The notes beneath the pieces are model-generated. The model made no database searches, was not told the origin of the DNA, and saw only the letters and a program-made list of their open reading frames with translations. Made by a program: the position numbers and the translations under genes. Positions 39,981 through 54,035 of a stretch of DNA of 64,000 nucleotides are shown one piece after another (within the stretch, counting starts at the first letter, position 1; every line of letters begins with the position of its first letter). Source of the stretch: Octopus sinensis (lineage: Eukaryota); contig NC_043008.1 of assembly GCF_006345805.1 (NCBI RefSeq), positions 7,006,001 to 7,070,000 on the forward strand, in the 5' to 3' direction.

Positions 39981-40203
39981 GTTGTTCGGAAAGTTCATGC
40001 CGATTTACAGTAGCTTACCTTTCGGCTTACCCTCCCAGGAACCTCGATTCTAGGAACAGAGGGTATTTTCAAGTTAAAGGAAAGATGGAAACGCATTTTG
40101 CAACAAAATGATTCATATTTGGTTGATTAAAACTGTAACGGCAAGTATTTATTGGCCTTTTTCTTTCCTTTAAGAATCGGCACGAACTTTCCGGACAACC
40201 CAA
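39977..40203 (+). mobile_element. Internally deleted mariner (MITE), 29-bp TIRs, TA target
   Basis: TTGGGTTGTTCGGAAAGTTCATGCCGATT / AATCGGCACGAACTTTCCGGACAACCCAA (2 mismatches). The interior encodes the transposase C-terminus EGIFKLKERWKRILQQNDSYLVD*. Confidence 0.92.
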
Positions 40204-40267
40204 TATATATACATATACATACACATATGCATATATATATATATAGGTTTATTATAGTGATTTGAAA

Positions 40268-40437
40268 TTTTAACACAAGGGTAGCAAGTTTGGGATAGGA
40301 ATGAAGTCGATTACATCGACCCCAGTTTACAACTGGTACTTATTTTTTCGACCCTGAAATGAAGAAAGACAAAGTCGCCCTTGACAGAACTTGAACATTT
40401 CGCTCTACGTGCAAACGATTCTCCTAGCTCGCTACCT
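40268..40437 (-). mobile_element. SINE family A, degenerate
   Basis: GTCGATTACATCGACCCCAG...CTGGTACTTA...CTAGCTCGC. Confidence 0.75.
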
Positions 40438-41141
40438 CATAAGGGGTTAATATTAATTTCAAAAACAGACTCCAAGGTCGTACTTTTTCAGTATAATTTA
40501 GTCGGCCCTAGTATTTGACTGGTACGTTGTTTTATCAATGAAGCAAACAAAAATGGCCCTACAAGGGTAGCTAAATACCGCAAGGCATTTTCTCGCACAC
40601 CCCAACGAGTGTTCCAGTCTTCTTCTCTGGTTTTCCCTTCTAATATTCCTCGCATCAGTATGCCACCTGCTAATTAAAGTATTCCAAGTGTATGCCATTA
40701 ATTCCTTGTCCTTATATGTCAGCAGGGAAATATATGATGACACGATAAACATTACAGGATGAAACATGCCAGCTCAGTAATTGAACCAGTCATAGATGAT
40801 GTATTACAATGTTAATGTTAAGATGTGTGAATCACTATTAAAGACAGCCTTCGTCGGGGAAGAGGAAAACTGCGAGATCCTGTTACTATGTTTACATGTC
40901 AAGCAACAGCTACGGGCATATGTTTCCTAGCAGGTTGTGATTTTTCTATTTAAAATTGCTGTATATAAACCATTAGCTATACATACATATATGATTGCGT
41001 TCACATGTACATGCTGACGGACATACAGATTGATAGATATGAGTGTCTATGTATAGATGCAATGCATATACGCTATATATAGGTAAATTCCAGGTTGACA
41101 GCTTAGAATTCAATATGATTCTGTATTACAAGTATTAGAAC

Positions 41142-41509
41142 GCGGAGAGCTGGCATAATCGTTAGCACGCCGGGCGAAATGCTTAGTGGTATTTCGTCAG
41201 TCTTTACGTTCTGAGTACAAATTCCGCCGAGGTCGACTTTGTCTTTCGTCCTTTCGGGGTCGATTAATTAAGTACCAGTTACGCACTGGGGTCGATATAA
41301 TCGACTTAATCCGTTTGTCTGTCCTTGTATGTTCTCTCTGTGTTTAGCCCCTTGTGGGTAGTAAAGAAATAGGAATTTCGTCAGTCTTTACATTCTGAGT
41401 TCAAATCCCGCTGAGGTCGATAAATTAAGTACCAGTTGCGTACTGGTGTCGATTTAATCGACTGGCCCCTTCCCCCAAAATTTCGAGCTTTGTGCCTAGA
41501 GTAAAAAAG
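41142..41509 (+). mobile_element. SINE family A with internal duplication
   Basis: Full head and CCCCAAAATTTCGAGCTTTGTGCCTAGAGTAAAA tail. Confidence 0.9.
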
Positions 41510-41937
41510 TATATTACTAGCATTTCGCCGGGCAAATGCTGTCGTCCAAAAAGAAACTTATTCTTATTTTATTTAGTATGTATAAATAGATATCTGCCTG
41601 CAGATATAATCATTATTATATACTAGGTGTTTATAAACATACACACACACATGTATGTATATATAAATAAAATGTAATGTTTCTTGCCACTTCAACATGT
41701 CTCTTCCATACGGAACTGTCTGTCTTTTGTTTTCAGTACATTTGAACCATATGTGTATGTATGTGTGCGTGTGGGGTGTTTTTCTCTCTGTCTGTTTGTG
41801 CGCGTATGCTCTAATAGACAGCTGGAATTGAAGATTTATTCAATTGCTTTATGGCTTTGTTGACAATAACAAAGCGAGGAAGTTATGAATAAGAACATTG
41901 ATTACTTATTCAATGACAATAATAATAATAATAATAA

Positions 41938-41972
<35 letters not shown>

Positions 41973-41974
<2 letters not shown>

Positions 41975-42535
41975 GCCTTGATGCCTTACCAGGCAGTAGC
42001 TCTCAGGGCTTCTCAACTTAACTGATTGGAAGTGTTAACATGTACATTGTTTTGTCTTGGTATAAAAAGATGGGCTACAGCAAATATTCTGCTCAATACC
42101 ACAGATTTGCTTGTCAGTTGTTTGACCTTAACCAGTTGAGCATGTCCCTTAGTGGTTGATGATATGTGCATCTCTAACCACGAGCAAAAGCAGTCGGGGA
42201 GCATCATAGCCATGTGTTGAGAAGAATTCTTTGGGGTTTGAATAATTCACCTCTGGAAACATGGGTTGTTCGTTCAACATCCTTAAACAATCCTTATTCA
42301 GGGACCTTTTGGGCAGGATGGGTTACTCGACCAGAAGAAAATTCTAACTGGGCCCCAACTGCAATGTCATGCGCTGTTTATCTTGATATAAGATCACCAT
42401 GTCACGCACATATGGTAGTGATGCATATGCCTGGTGTACCCTTATCAGACGGGTAGTCATGATGGGTATACTGGGCTTCGTATATTTTACCCCAGTGTCA
42501 CTTTGATGGCATGCACTGCTCTCTCACTCAATACA
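41973..42535 (-). mobile_element. About 560-bp interspersed repeat inserted in an (AAT)n/(CAA)n tract, probably a retroposon
   Basis: Complex sequence bounded by (AAT)n at 41918-41972 and (CAA)n beyond 42535; the minus strand ends GCCTGGTAAGGCATCAAGGCATTT-(ATT)n. Family assignment is from recall only. Confidence 0.5.
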
Positions 42536-42551
42536 TAATAATAACAACAGC

Positions 42552-42631
<80 letters not shown>

Positions 42632-43463
42632 CGACAACAATAATTATAAGCATAAACCTTGCAGATGACATTCCAGGCGGTATTAACACATAACATGTTA
42701 AACATAAATCATCGTCATAAAAACCACTCTGGTTGTTGACTTTCATTTTAAGATGAGAGAAAACTGTTTTGAAAGCATCATTAGACAGACTGGAGTGAAA
42801 ATCCATTGGATTTTATCCACACATCCTTAATTCCATTTAGTTGAGGCATTTCACAGCGAAGTGTTAGGAGACTTATGAATATAATTAATTAATTCCATAT
42901 CGAATTTCAATAACACAATCGATCGCTGGAGTCGCAAAGGCAACACATATATTTCTAATGAAACTGAACTCGACAATTCTTTAAGCCGCGTAATGGTTCA
43001 AGAATGTTCCAGAATGTTAGTCCATTACATTGAGTTTCACTATTTTGGTACTTATTTTGTCGACTTCGTACGAAGCGAAAGGAAAATAAATGTAAATGGT
43101 ACGGAAATGGTAGTTGTCTTTTAACGCACCGATTCTCTTACATTTCCTCCACAGACACACACAGGTACATTCATATTTACCTGCAGGTTTAGCTAAATGC
43201 ATATATTTACATGCAAACATACACACACACACGCACGCACACATACATATATCATAGTCAGAGCCTATTATTCCAGCACAATCTCACATATCCATCCTGT
43301 CGTGACAAACATAAGAAATCAAAGGAGACCTTTCGCGATATCCAAATGAAGACAAGAGTCGAATTTCCCGTATTTTTCTGAATATTCCTCTGGAGAATTT
43401 TCGGATATAGCTTCCCATGAAAGGCTTTCACATAGAAAGAATTTCTATACGAAATATAAACTC

Positions 43464-43499
<36 letters not shown>

Positions 43500-43506
43500 G
43501 TGTATG

Positions 43507-43540
<34 letters not shown>

Positions 43541-43543
<3 letters not shown>

Positions 43544-43670
43544 AGAATTCACAAGAAAACAAAAGACGAAGACAGGTGGTGCAGAATACAAACAGATGTA
43601 TAAGTATAACGCTTGGGAATTGGAAAACTCTTTAACGTATCGAGCCTACGCTCTTCCACAGAAAGGAACA
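43541..43670 (-). mobile_element. Family H copy 3 (hammerhead-like 43630-43665)
   Basis: The minus strand reads CUUU-CUGUGGA-A-GAGC-GUAG-GCUC-GAUA-CGU-U-AAAG; it abuts (TA)n. Confidence 0.7.
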
Positions 43671-44846
43671 CAAAAAGGACAAATCGAGAAAAATGTGTAT
43701 ATATATATATATATGTATATACTGGCTTTGGCTTTCGTTGTCACCTTCCGCTAACTTTGGAATATTCAAACTTGCTGCAACAGAAATATCAAAATCACAC
43801 ACACACATACGTCTATACGTACATACATACGTACACCTCTACACACACACACACACACACACACACGTCTATACGTACATATATACGTACACCTTTTCAG
43901 ACACACACACACACATACATGCACACACACTGACATATATACAAGAACATAAAAGTGTATACACATGTACAGATACTCTATACTGCTCATCTCGCTCTCT
44001 CTCTCTCTCTCTTTCTCTTTCCTTTTCTCTCTCTTTCTCTTTCTATCGTATATCCTTCCACTGTGTTATCTCGCAGACAATAGAAGACGATACGAAAATA
44101 AGTGTTCTCGTTTTACATAAAATTTGGACCTTTTTACGATTTTTTTCGTTGATTTGTGTTTTTGTATCTTGATATATAAAAAAAAAAAATTCCTAGATAT
44201 AACTTTTGTAAGATTTTTTCTTTGCTTCTCGTTTCAACGCATAAGGAGGTAGAAAAAATGTCAAGACCAGTGGAATATCGAAAAAATTGCCAAGGTGATG
44301 AAAAATGCCTATCTCTTAGAATCGCCATCTGTAGAGAAAAAAAATGGCGTATGACAGTGTTACGCATAGACAGACACTAACACTAACGTATACACACACA
44401 CTGTGATGGGAACACATGCCCACATTGACAGAAACAAACGTTCACACACACACACAAACACACACACCCAACACAAATCACACACACACACACATTCATA
44501 CAAACACGCGTGCACACAGACACTCAAATGCGCATACATGTATGGTGATAAAGGCATCCGTATTATCATATATCTCCATATATACACTAATAATCTACAC
44601 ACAGTCGTATAGACCAAGAGACGACGCATTTTCATTCTGGCCTTTTACACTTACGCACATTGAAATATTTAATCATTCACTTTCTCTCTCTCTTTCTCTC
44701 CCTCTTTGTCTTTCTCTTTCTCTCTTTTCCCATGTAATCATTTATATGTACGTCCGCATATCAAATACAGGTATTACATACCTATATCTCACATACGTAT
44801 CAGATAAACGACACACACACAAATATATTGATATACATACATACAA

Positions 44847-44915
<69 letters not shown>

Positions 44916-44940
44916 GTGTGTGTGTGTGTTTGTATGCATG

Positions 44941-45129
44941 GCGCAGGAGTGGCTGTGTGGTGTGGTAAGTAGCTGGTTTAATAACCACATGATTCCGGGT
45001 TCAGTCCCACTGCGTGACACCTGGGCAGGGTGTCTTCTTCTATAGCCTTGGGCGACCAAAGACTTGTGAGGTGGATTGGTAAGAAGAAGCCCGTCGTATA
45101 CTATCTATTTATCTATCTATCTCTTTGTA

Positions 45130-45175
<46 letters not shown>

Positions 45176-45405
45176 GTATGTATGTATATAGTGTGTGTGT
45201 GTATGTATGTGTTTGTTTCCCACCATCGCTTGACAATCGATGCTGGTGTGTTTACGTCCCCGTAACTAAGCGCTTCGGCAAAAGAGACCGATAGAATAAG
45301 TACTAGGTTTATAAATAATAATAAATTGGGTCCATTGTTCGACTAAAGGCGGTGCTCCGGCATGGCCGCTATCAAATGACTGAAACAAGTAAAAGAATAA
45401 AAGAA
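44941..45405 (+). mobile_element. SINE family B, full length with internal (TA)n expansion
   Basis: GGCGCAGGAGTGGCTG head to GACTGAAACAAGTAAAAGAATAAAAGAA tail. Confidence 0.92.
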
Positions 45406-45447
45406 TATATATACTCATATCTATCTGTCCATTGATGTATGTATCTA

Positions 45448-45535
<88 letters not shown>

Positions 45536-45908
45536 TATTATATATATATACATATTTCATAGAAACGTAGCCATACGTCACACGTACGTATATTCATATA
45601 TTATATATATTATATATATATATATATATATCTATATTATATATATATATGTATACGTATAAGCGTATTCAACCTACACATCCAGTTACACATATCATAT
45701 ACATTAAATCGTTTCCTTCTTTATCTCAGACGTACAAATACTCTTTTATGTCCCTCATTCACATTTTGCCTCTCAAGCACATACAAACGCCACATCAAAA
45801 TAATTCATCGATCAAAACACACACGCACAAATACATATCTGTATTATGCACATGAAGGAACTCTTATGCACACATACATAGACACACGTATACGCCTATA
45901 TATATATA

Positions 45909-45951
<43 letters not shown>

Positions 45952-46230
45952 ATGTATATAGACACACACACAGACTCTTTTATGTCACTATTTCCATATC
46001 ATGGTCTCATATTCTTCCATGCAAATATTTCTTTCCTCCACTAACCTCGTCTAACCCTTCCTCGGTCTCACTATTTATCCAGCCACTGTGTCACACATAG
46101 ACTCGGTCTCTCACTGCTGTCGACATATACATACATACATACATACATACATTCATACATATATATATATATATATAATATATACATACATTCATGCATA
46201 CATACATTCACACATACATTCAATATAGAC

Positions 46231-46273
<43 letters not shown>

Positions 46274-47236
46274 GAGAGAGAGAGAGAGAGATAAAAAGAG
46301 TGAGGCTGGCTGCGTATATATATTTATATATAGACTGTCTGAGAACAGAACAATATAAATAAAAGAACATGACAATCTTCTCTCTGACATATTACTAACA
46401 TCATTTCACATAAAACCGCGTATAGAAACTAAAGAGAAATATGAGAAATTATTTTATACGATTGTAGCATTCAAAATAATGTTATATTTCGTTGGTATTC
46501 TATATTACAGAATTTAATCTATTCCACGATTCCATTTAATATACAACACGTATTATTATTCTATTTTAACTGATACTGAAGGCCGATTCTCTCCAATACC
46601 GCAGTAATTCACCTGACCAGACAGAATCTTAATCTGCCGCACTATCCCCTTTTGGTCTGCAACAGTGAACTGTAGCAGACATAATACTAATCCAAGCTAG
46701 ACTTCCTGCAACATACAACATTCTGTTTCGTAAGATATTGCGATGACTTTCTTCAAAAGTTTTTATTACAGATTGATGTCACTTTAGACTATTTCATTTC
46801 AAACGGCTTTTCAACTGTGCAGTGTAAGCTGCCAAATTTACAAGATTAATCCTTAATATGACTGGAAAATCAATAAAATTAAATTAACCTGTAAAATATC
46901 ATTAAAGAAATGTAACTAAAGTGAAATATAGATTATATACCTGTAATTTCACAGAAAAGGCAAAACAATAAAACGAAAAAGAAAAAAGTAGCAACCATTT
47001 TTTTTCGCATGGTTTCAGTAATTTTATTAAGAGATTAAAAGCATTTAACAGATTCTGTAGTCAGAGGTAAAGTCTAGATGAGTAAAATATGCGCATATTT
47101 TTTTATTCTAACTAGAACCTATTTGAATTTACATACATAGCTAATTTATATGTTGCTATAGAAATGTCACATCTTTTTGATTTCATTCTACGTTTTACTT
47201 CTGAAAATAAATCCTATAGAATATATCAAGTTCACG

Positions 47237-48070
47237 ATGGCAGATGATAAAGTAGAAGTTCGCTCTTACTGTCCGCCTCTTCGACAAAAATTCCCTCGCT
47301 TAATTACTATACTTTTATTATTTGGTTACTGACATCTCTGCTGCATCTTCCATACTTCATCTAACATTATATTGTCATCTCTCACGAACACACAGGATAT
47401 GGATTACATCTGACAATAGCTTCATCTGTTTTATCTTTCTTATAACACACAATTCTTCATTCTTTAAAGCGTGCCATTAGACAATATGTCTGTGTGAAAG
47501 TAATCCAGTTCACTGGAGCCGATCACATCTTAATCTGTCATTTGATTCTATTTGCATACTCCGCATCCCTTCTTAATCCTATGTAAACAAAGATACTTTG
47601 CGCTTCTGATCCTACACCAGCAGCACAGGTTATTGTCTATAATCTGTATTACAGCCATAACAGTCATGTAATTGTGGTGGGGATGCGGGTGGGGTGGGGG
47701 TGGGGGCAACGATTGCTGGACTTTCTGCTCGAGAAATAACATGGAATTGCTTATTTTGAATCTCGCTTGTATTGGAATAACATATTGAAGATTTCAAACA
47801 ATTTACTAGCTTTATCAAGCAAGAATTATCTCCACCAATCGGTTTTTTTCTTTTTGCTTCTGCGAAAGCCATCTATAGATATTTAATTCCATGATATTCT
47901 GACCGTTATTCTTAATGCTACGGGAAAGTTGAAACGGCGTCACTGCTTCGCTCTCGACTGGAAACCATTGTCACAGACAATTGGAACTATTGCATGGAAT
48001 TCGCAATGTCCCACTTTTCCCCTTTGCAATAATACTGCACGAGGAAATCCTTAACGAAGAATAAAATGAT
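47237..48070 (+). pseudogene. Possible decayed intronless class A GPCR-like gene
   Basis: Collinear fragments across frames: ITILLLFGY*HLCCIF-HTSSNIILSSL (TM1/TM2-like), YVC...ICHLILFA..SLLNPM (TM3/ICL2-like), NDCWTF...LLILNLACIGITY*RF..IY..QARII (TM5-like), KAI..LIP (TM6-like), QTIGTIAWNS (TM7-like). Many stops and no intact DRY or NPxxY. Confidence 0.35.
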
Positions 48071-49014
48071 CTTTGCCTTGCCAGTCGAATCGCCAGCTCC
48101 GGTTGGAGCCTGTTTACCGCATTTCAAGAAACAAAAAGAAAAAATGAAGTTTACTCTCACCAACTCGACATTTCCGTTCCCCGCAACATTTTTGTCTGCT
48201 GATCAAAGAATACAGCATTTCTTTATGACATAATAATAATAATTACTGAATCTACGTAACAAATATATATTTAAAAAGAATTCTGATATACGTGTGTATA
48301 TGTATATGTGTGTGTATGTGTGTGTGTGTGTGTCTGTTATATGTATAGGAGAATGAAAAATGTCTACAGGTATGTGACACGTACGTGTATTTTACAAGTG
48401 ATGTGTTCTCATTCGTGAATATTTCTTCAAAAAGAACATTAGCGATGCAAACTACAATCAGAAAACTAAACTGGGTCTATGCTATTGGGAATTGCCTTTT
48501 CTCTCCATCTGTCTGTCTGTCTGTCTCTCTCTCTTTCTCCATCTCCCCTCTCTGTGTCTGTCCATCTGTGTTTCTCTATCTCTCTGTCTCTGTCTGTCTG
48601 CCTCTCTCTCTTTCTCTCTCTCTTACAGTTCCTTCCTCTCTACATCGCTGTCCCCATTATCTCCACGAAAATACAAACCTGCAGACCGGCCCCAACCACC
48701 TCAACCATCACCGATAGCAAATGGTTAAGATGAAGAAGCGTGAATGAAAATTCATCCAGACGGTAGAAATTTCTTTCTACTGTCTTCAAGAATTCCGTTC
48801 GAATCTTGAAATTCATCTAAGATTTCTTTTCAACATTCTTATTTCTGATTTATTGTCATTTTTTTTTCTCTTTATTCCTCAATTTTGCCTTTTCTCTTAT
48901 TTTTTTTTCCTTACCAATTCTCAGTACGTGATGCAAAGCTGATAACACTACGAGACTTCTTACCTTTGAGATAACCACAGATACATATCAGCACACTCGC
49001 ACACACACACACAC

Positions 49015-49053
<39 letters not shown>

Positions 49054-49186
49054 ACTCACACATACTCATATGCATTACATAGTAAGCATATTTCCAGATG
49101 ATTCGCACTTTCCTATTTCTCTGTTTCGCATACACACTACCTACAAACACACTGAAGTACACACACACACACACACACACCTAAAC

Positions 49187-49225
<39 letters not shown>

Positions 49226-49364
49226 ACACCTTTCAGTTGTTATATCTACCTTGCCATCCATCTATTCACACCCGACTATTCGTCAAAATATGTATGCGGT
49301 TATACACAAGCCAAAGTAAATGCTCTGCACACGCATATGAATATATATACACTTACACGTACTT

Positions 49365-49401
<37 letters not shown>

Positions 49402-49411
49402 CTGTCTTTGC

Positions 49412-49455
<44 letters not shown>

Positions 49456-50034
49456 GTGTGTATTATATAGGAAGCGTGTACGTATGGATGTTTATATACG
49501 GAGAACATTTTCTTGCTTTATGAAGGTTAAAGCTATCTAACGTGACTTATCTTAATCAGCTAATAACTGGCAAAAAACTTACATTGCCTTATCCTCTCTC
49601 CGTTATTACATCTCCCTATTCTATCACGACGACGACGACCACGACGGCGACCACGAGTACCACCACTACCGCCGCCGACGCCACCGTCACAACCACGAGC
49701 ACCAACGTTATCATCATTATATTATCTCTCACCACCACCACCACTACAACATCCACCACCATCATTTTCTTCCCCATCTATCTCTTCCTATTCCTCCTCC
49801 ACCATCACCGCAACCATCGCCACCATCACCCTCACTACATTACTTTCCCCCACTCCTCAACCATTCTCTGCTATTCTGAACTTTCTGTTCTTGGATTGTT
49901 GGAGCTGGTGAAATATTTCTATCTTTTCATGGTTTCCTGGCGTCAAACAGAGAAAAGCGGTGAATTGGCAGAATGGATAAAGAAGGGGATGAAACGTTTT
50001 TTTGGTCTTTGATCCAGTTCTTTGCACTTGGAGA

Positions 50035-50110
50035 TCAAATCCCACCGGGGTCATCATTACCTTTTATTCTTTCAGGGTCGATAAATAAAGTACCTGCCCA
50101 GTACAGGGAC
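50035..50110 (+). mobile_element. SINE family A fragment
   Basis: TCAAATCCCACCGGGGTC...CAGGGTCGATAAATAAAGTACC. Confidence 0.6.
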
Positions 50111-51640
50111 AATACATCTCTCTCTCTACCTCTCTCTCTCTCTCTCTGCCTCTTTCTTTCACTCTGCCTCTTTCTCTTTCCCTTTGACTCTCTGGAGGAA
50201 GTCATACAGTCATCAGAACTTGAGATGTAGAAGCTCTGCCAGACTTTGATTCCAAAGGTATGCTTCAATATAGGACTTGATCAATAGTTGAGGTCCAAAC
50301 CGAAGTGTGTCAGGGAGAAAGTTTGCAGAGAACTCATTCCAGTTTCAATTCTCGGGAGAGACGCGCTGACTTAATTTATTTTATGGGGTGGCGGGGAATT
50401 GAAGCATTATATTAACCCTAAAAGATAGGGTATTTATATCGAATAGAGAACAGTTTGCTTTGCGAAATGAAATATCAATGAATTATATTGTTACGACAAT
50501 GTAGTGTAGTTGAAACTATTCAGAAACAAAACGCAATGGAATAACAGCAGAAAATTAGAACGTTTTCTGAATGGAAAGGTTAAACGGTAAGTGAAGTGGT
50601 TTGTCATGAACTTCCATATTTATTCATGCAACGGAGTCTTCACAACTGAAGACTGGATAACATCGAACGGTATTCGTCGTCATTCATTGAATTTACTTCA
50701 GGATATTGCTGGTATTTAGCGCCTCCGAACATATAAAAAGTCATAGGTTGAATTTGTTGGATAAAAAGGGGCAAAATAAAGTTATTTTGCGCAATTTAGG
50801 CACACGAGTGGCTGTGTGGTAAGACGCTTGCTTTCTAAACACATAACTAGTCACGCATAAAAAAAAATATTGGTTAAAGAAAAGTTGTGATCATCATGTA
50901 TATTTTTTAATCCTTGAGTATAAAGTTTTAAATTTGGCTCTTTTGGTTTCCGTTCAGAAATTCGATGGATGAGTAGGATGAAAACTTGTAATGTTCATAC
51001 AGAAAAACATGGAAATGACCAAAGGAAAATGTCGGTAAAGACGTGGAAAGGTAACGATGAAAAGGCATAGAGTGGTACAAGGGGAAAATGGTATGAAAAC
51101 GGAGTAGTAAACCAAGGCAAACGTAGGGAAAATAATTTTGGAAGAACACAAGAAATATAGACTGGCTGTGAAGGAGTAACAGTGAAAATGTAAATAAAGA
51201 CAAGAATGGATGGTCCAAGGTTAAATATAGGATAAAGCAAGGAGAGGTCCGGTCCAAAAGTTATTGGGGAAACTAGAAAAAAAACAAAGAAAGAAATCTT
51301 ATGTGTGAATTACAAGTAGAACTGGAATGAATAAAATGTTATATCCTGTGGAAACGTCTCGAGATTTTCGTGCCAAGCAAAACATTTTAGAATAATGGCC
51401 TAGTATCTGGTCTAAGAATTTGATATAACAAACTTCATTATTAGACTTGTAAGAATTTATTTCGAATATCAAATATAAATAAACAACGCAGAGTGAAAAT
51501 TATTGGTTGGCACCGTGTTTGTTAGTCTTTAACATTCCAAACTATTTTCATTTTTTATATTTTTCCCTTCATAACTAAGGAAAATAATTTATAAGCTAAA
51601 GACTGAAAACTACTCTGTGTGTGTGTGTATATATATATAT

Positions 51641-51674
<34 letters not shown>

Positions 51675-51675
51675 C

Positions 51676-51785
51676 GGTTTCGATTCCCAGACCGGGCGTT
51701 GTGCGTGTTCTTGAGCGAAAACACTTAAAAGCTCCACGAGGCTCCGGCAGGGGTTGGTGATCTCTGCTGTACTCTTTCACCACAC
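51676..51785 (+). mobile_element. SINE family C fragment
   Basis: GGTTTCGATTCCCAGACCGGGCGTTGTG...GAGCGAAAACACTTAAAAGCTCCACGAGGCTCCGGCAGGGG. Confidence 0.8.
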
Positions 51786-51824
51786 GTCAGCATTTATTTC
51801 TAAATAACCAACAGAAATGACTGA

Positions 51825-52080
51825 GGCGAGGTTGTGCAGAGGCCGTCAGATCGGACTGTTTGGCCATGTTGTTTAATTTTCCGCATTGGATCCTGGGTAT
51901 GATGCTCTTTTGAGGATCGATCTGGGTTGACGGCTCCTGTTAGTTGAGCTGATGTCACAAGGTCACGGAGTATGATGGGAACAGATTGGGATACCGTTCG
52001 ATGGGTTCCCGGTATAATCTGAGCAGATACCGACAAATCGTCGATGTAACGGCGCATGCCCACACGGTTGACTTAAGCAG
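51825..52080 (+). pseudogene. RTE-type LINE 3' fragment
   Basis: RQIGLFGHVV*FSALDP resembles the RTE C-terminal RQLRLYGHVARF...DP. Confidence 0.5.
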
Positions 52081-52800
52081 ACACGAGGATCACAGCTTCT
52101 TGAGCCATTACAAATATGTTTGTTTATACATAGCCACGCTGCCTCCGTTAACCAGTCGTCTGAAGAATCTGCAGTTTGTAACTCAGAGTGACAGTTCTAA
52201 AATCTTCCATTTTTGATAAACATACAAACACTACATCACGTATTGAGCACTATTATTTCGTCTATTCAAAAACGATTAAATATGTACAAACGTGAAATTG
52301 GAATAAGAACTAGAATCAAAATGAACGCATAAAACATTGCATGCCTTTCCTCAGCAACACGGCGGCCCAGTGACTGAAGCTAGTGCAATAATGCGCATGT
52401 GTATATATGTATAAATGTATGTGTGTATTTGTGTGTGTGTGTGTGTATCTGTGTATGTGTGTCTGCCATTTGGAAAAATGCGGGAAGGTTATATCACGGT
52501 AGCAATCTATTTCTTGCACCAGACGTATGTAAATGGAAGGTGTAGTGGTGGTGTTGTTGGTGGTGGTGGCGGCGGTGGTGGTGGTGGTGGCGGTGGTGGA
52601 AGTGCGACGAAGCAAACTCGTTTCTTTTTCTGTGACTTACATTCTTATCTTGTTATCTAGCAAGGCACGTGCTCTTATCTGGCAAGGCACATTAACAAAA
52701 TTTGCTAATCAAAATAATACCAATAATAATAATAACGAAGATGATGATGACGACGATGATGATGATGATGATGATGATATTAATACTACTACTAATAATA

Positions 52801-52839
<39 letters not shown>

Positions 52840-52856
52840 TGATGATGATAATAATA

Positions 52857-52891
<35 letters not shown>

Positions 52892-53333
52892 TAATAATAA
52901 TAATAGTAATAATAATAATTTTCTGTGAAGGAAATGAATGAAAAATAAACAAACGCTGTTGCTGTTTTGTGGAAATATGAGAATCTCTTCCCCCAAATTG
53001 ATTCTTCTTAACTACTTAATTCAGGTTTGTTTTTACACATTAGCTGAAAAGATCTATGTTAATTCGTTTAATTACGGTATATTCACAGATAGTGCTCAGT
53101 ATCTAATTACGAACGAGTTGGGTCTAAGACAAATGTCTATCAGAAATAAATAAACGGGTATAATGAGTCGTACATAGTTAACTTGTAGTAATCTTCTATA
53201 TCGGTTTAAGAGATCCGTGGCTCTTAAACCGGTGTGGAAAGGGACAGTTTATAGCAGATGGCTACCACGGGTTAGATATAAAGGAACCAGAACTTGCAAA
53301 CGGAACGTATTGAATATATATTTATAAAAACGA

Positions 53334-53734
53334 AGGCGACGAGCTGGCAGAAATGTTAGCACGCCAGGCGAATGCTTAGCGGTATTTCGTCTGCCGCTAT
53401 GTTCTGAGTTCAAATTCCGCCGAGGTCGACTTTGCCTTTCATCCTTTCGGGGTCGATTAAATAAGTACCAGTTACTCACTGGGGTCGATGTAATCCGTTT
53501 GCCTGTCCTTGTTTATCCCCTCTGTGTTTAGCCCACTGTGGGTAGTAAAGAAATAGGTATTTCATCTGCCATTACGTTCTGAGTTCAAATTCCGCCGTGG
53601 TCGACTTTGCCTTTCATCCTTTCGGTGGCGATAAATTAAGTACCAGTTACGCACTGGGGTCGATGTAATCGACTTAATCCCTTTGTCCTTGTTTGTCCCC
53701 TCTGTGTTTAGCTCCTTGTGGGCAATAAAGAAAT
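53334..53734 (+). mobile_element. SINE family A with internal duplication
   Basis: Two tandem GAGTTCAAATTCCGCC...GGGCAATAAAGAAATA-type modules. Confidence 0.92.
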
Positions 53735-54003
53735 ATATATTTATAAAAACGTGTGTAAACAGAGGGAGAGGTAATAGAATGTGGGAGAGAGTATGAGAGA
53801 GAGAGGGTGGAGAGATAGAGAGGGAGAGATAGATAGAGAGTGATGGAGCAAAAGTGGAAGGAAGAAGAGAGAGGGACGAGGAACAGAGAAGTGGAGATAT
53901 TTTCATGGTTTATAGATTTTTTTGTAGGACTTTCTGTGTTCATTTGAGTGAGTCTAGATGTGTATTAGTGCTTTGTTTTCTTTGTCACTGAAAATACTCT
54001 AAA

Positions 54004-54035
<32 letters not shown>

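Noticed and set aside
48150-48215. 38-nt minus-strand micro-exon (ttgatcag...gtgaga)
   Set aside because: Splice-like signals only; it overlaps the tail of the putative plus-strand pseudogene and has no supporting evidence.
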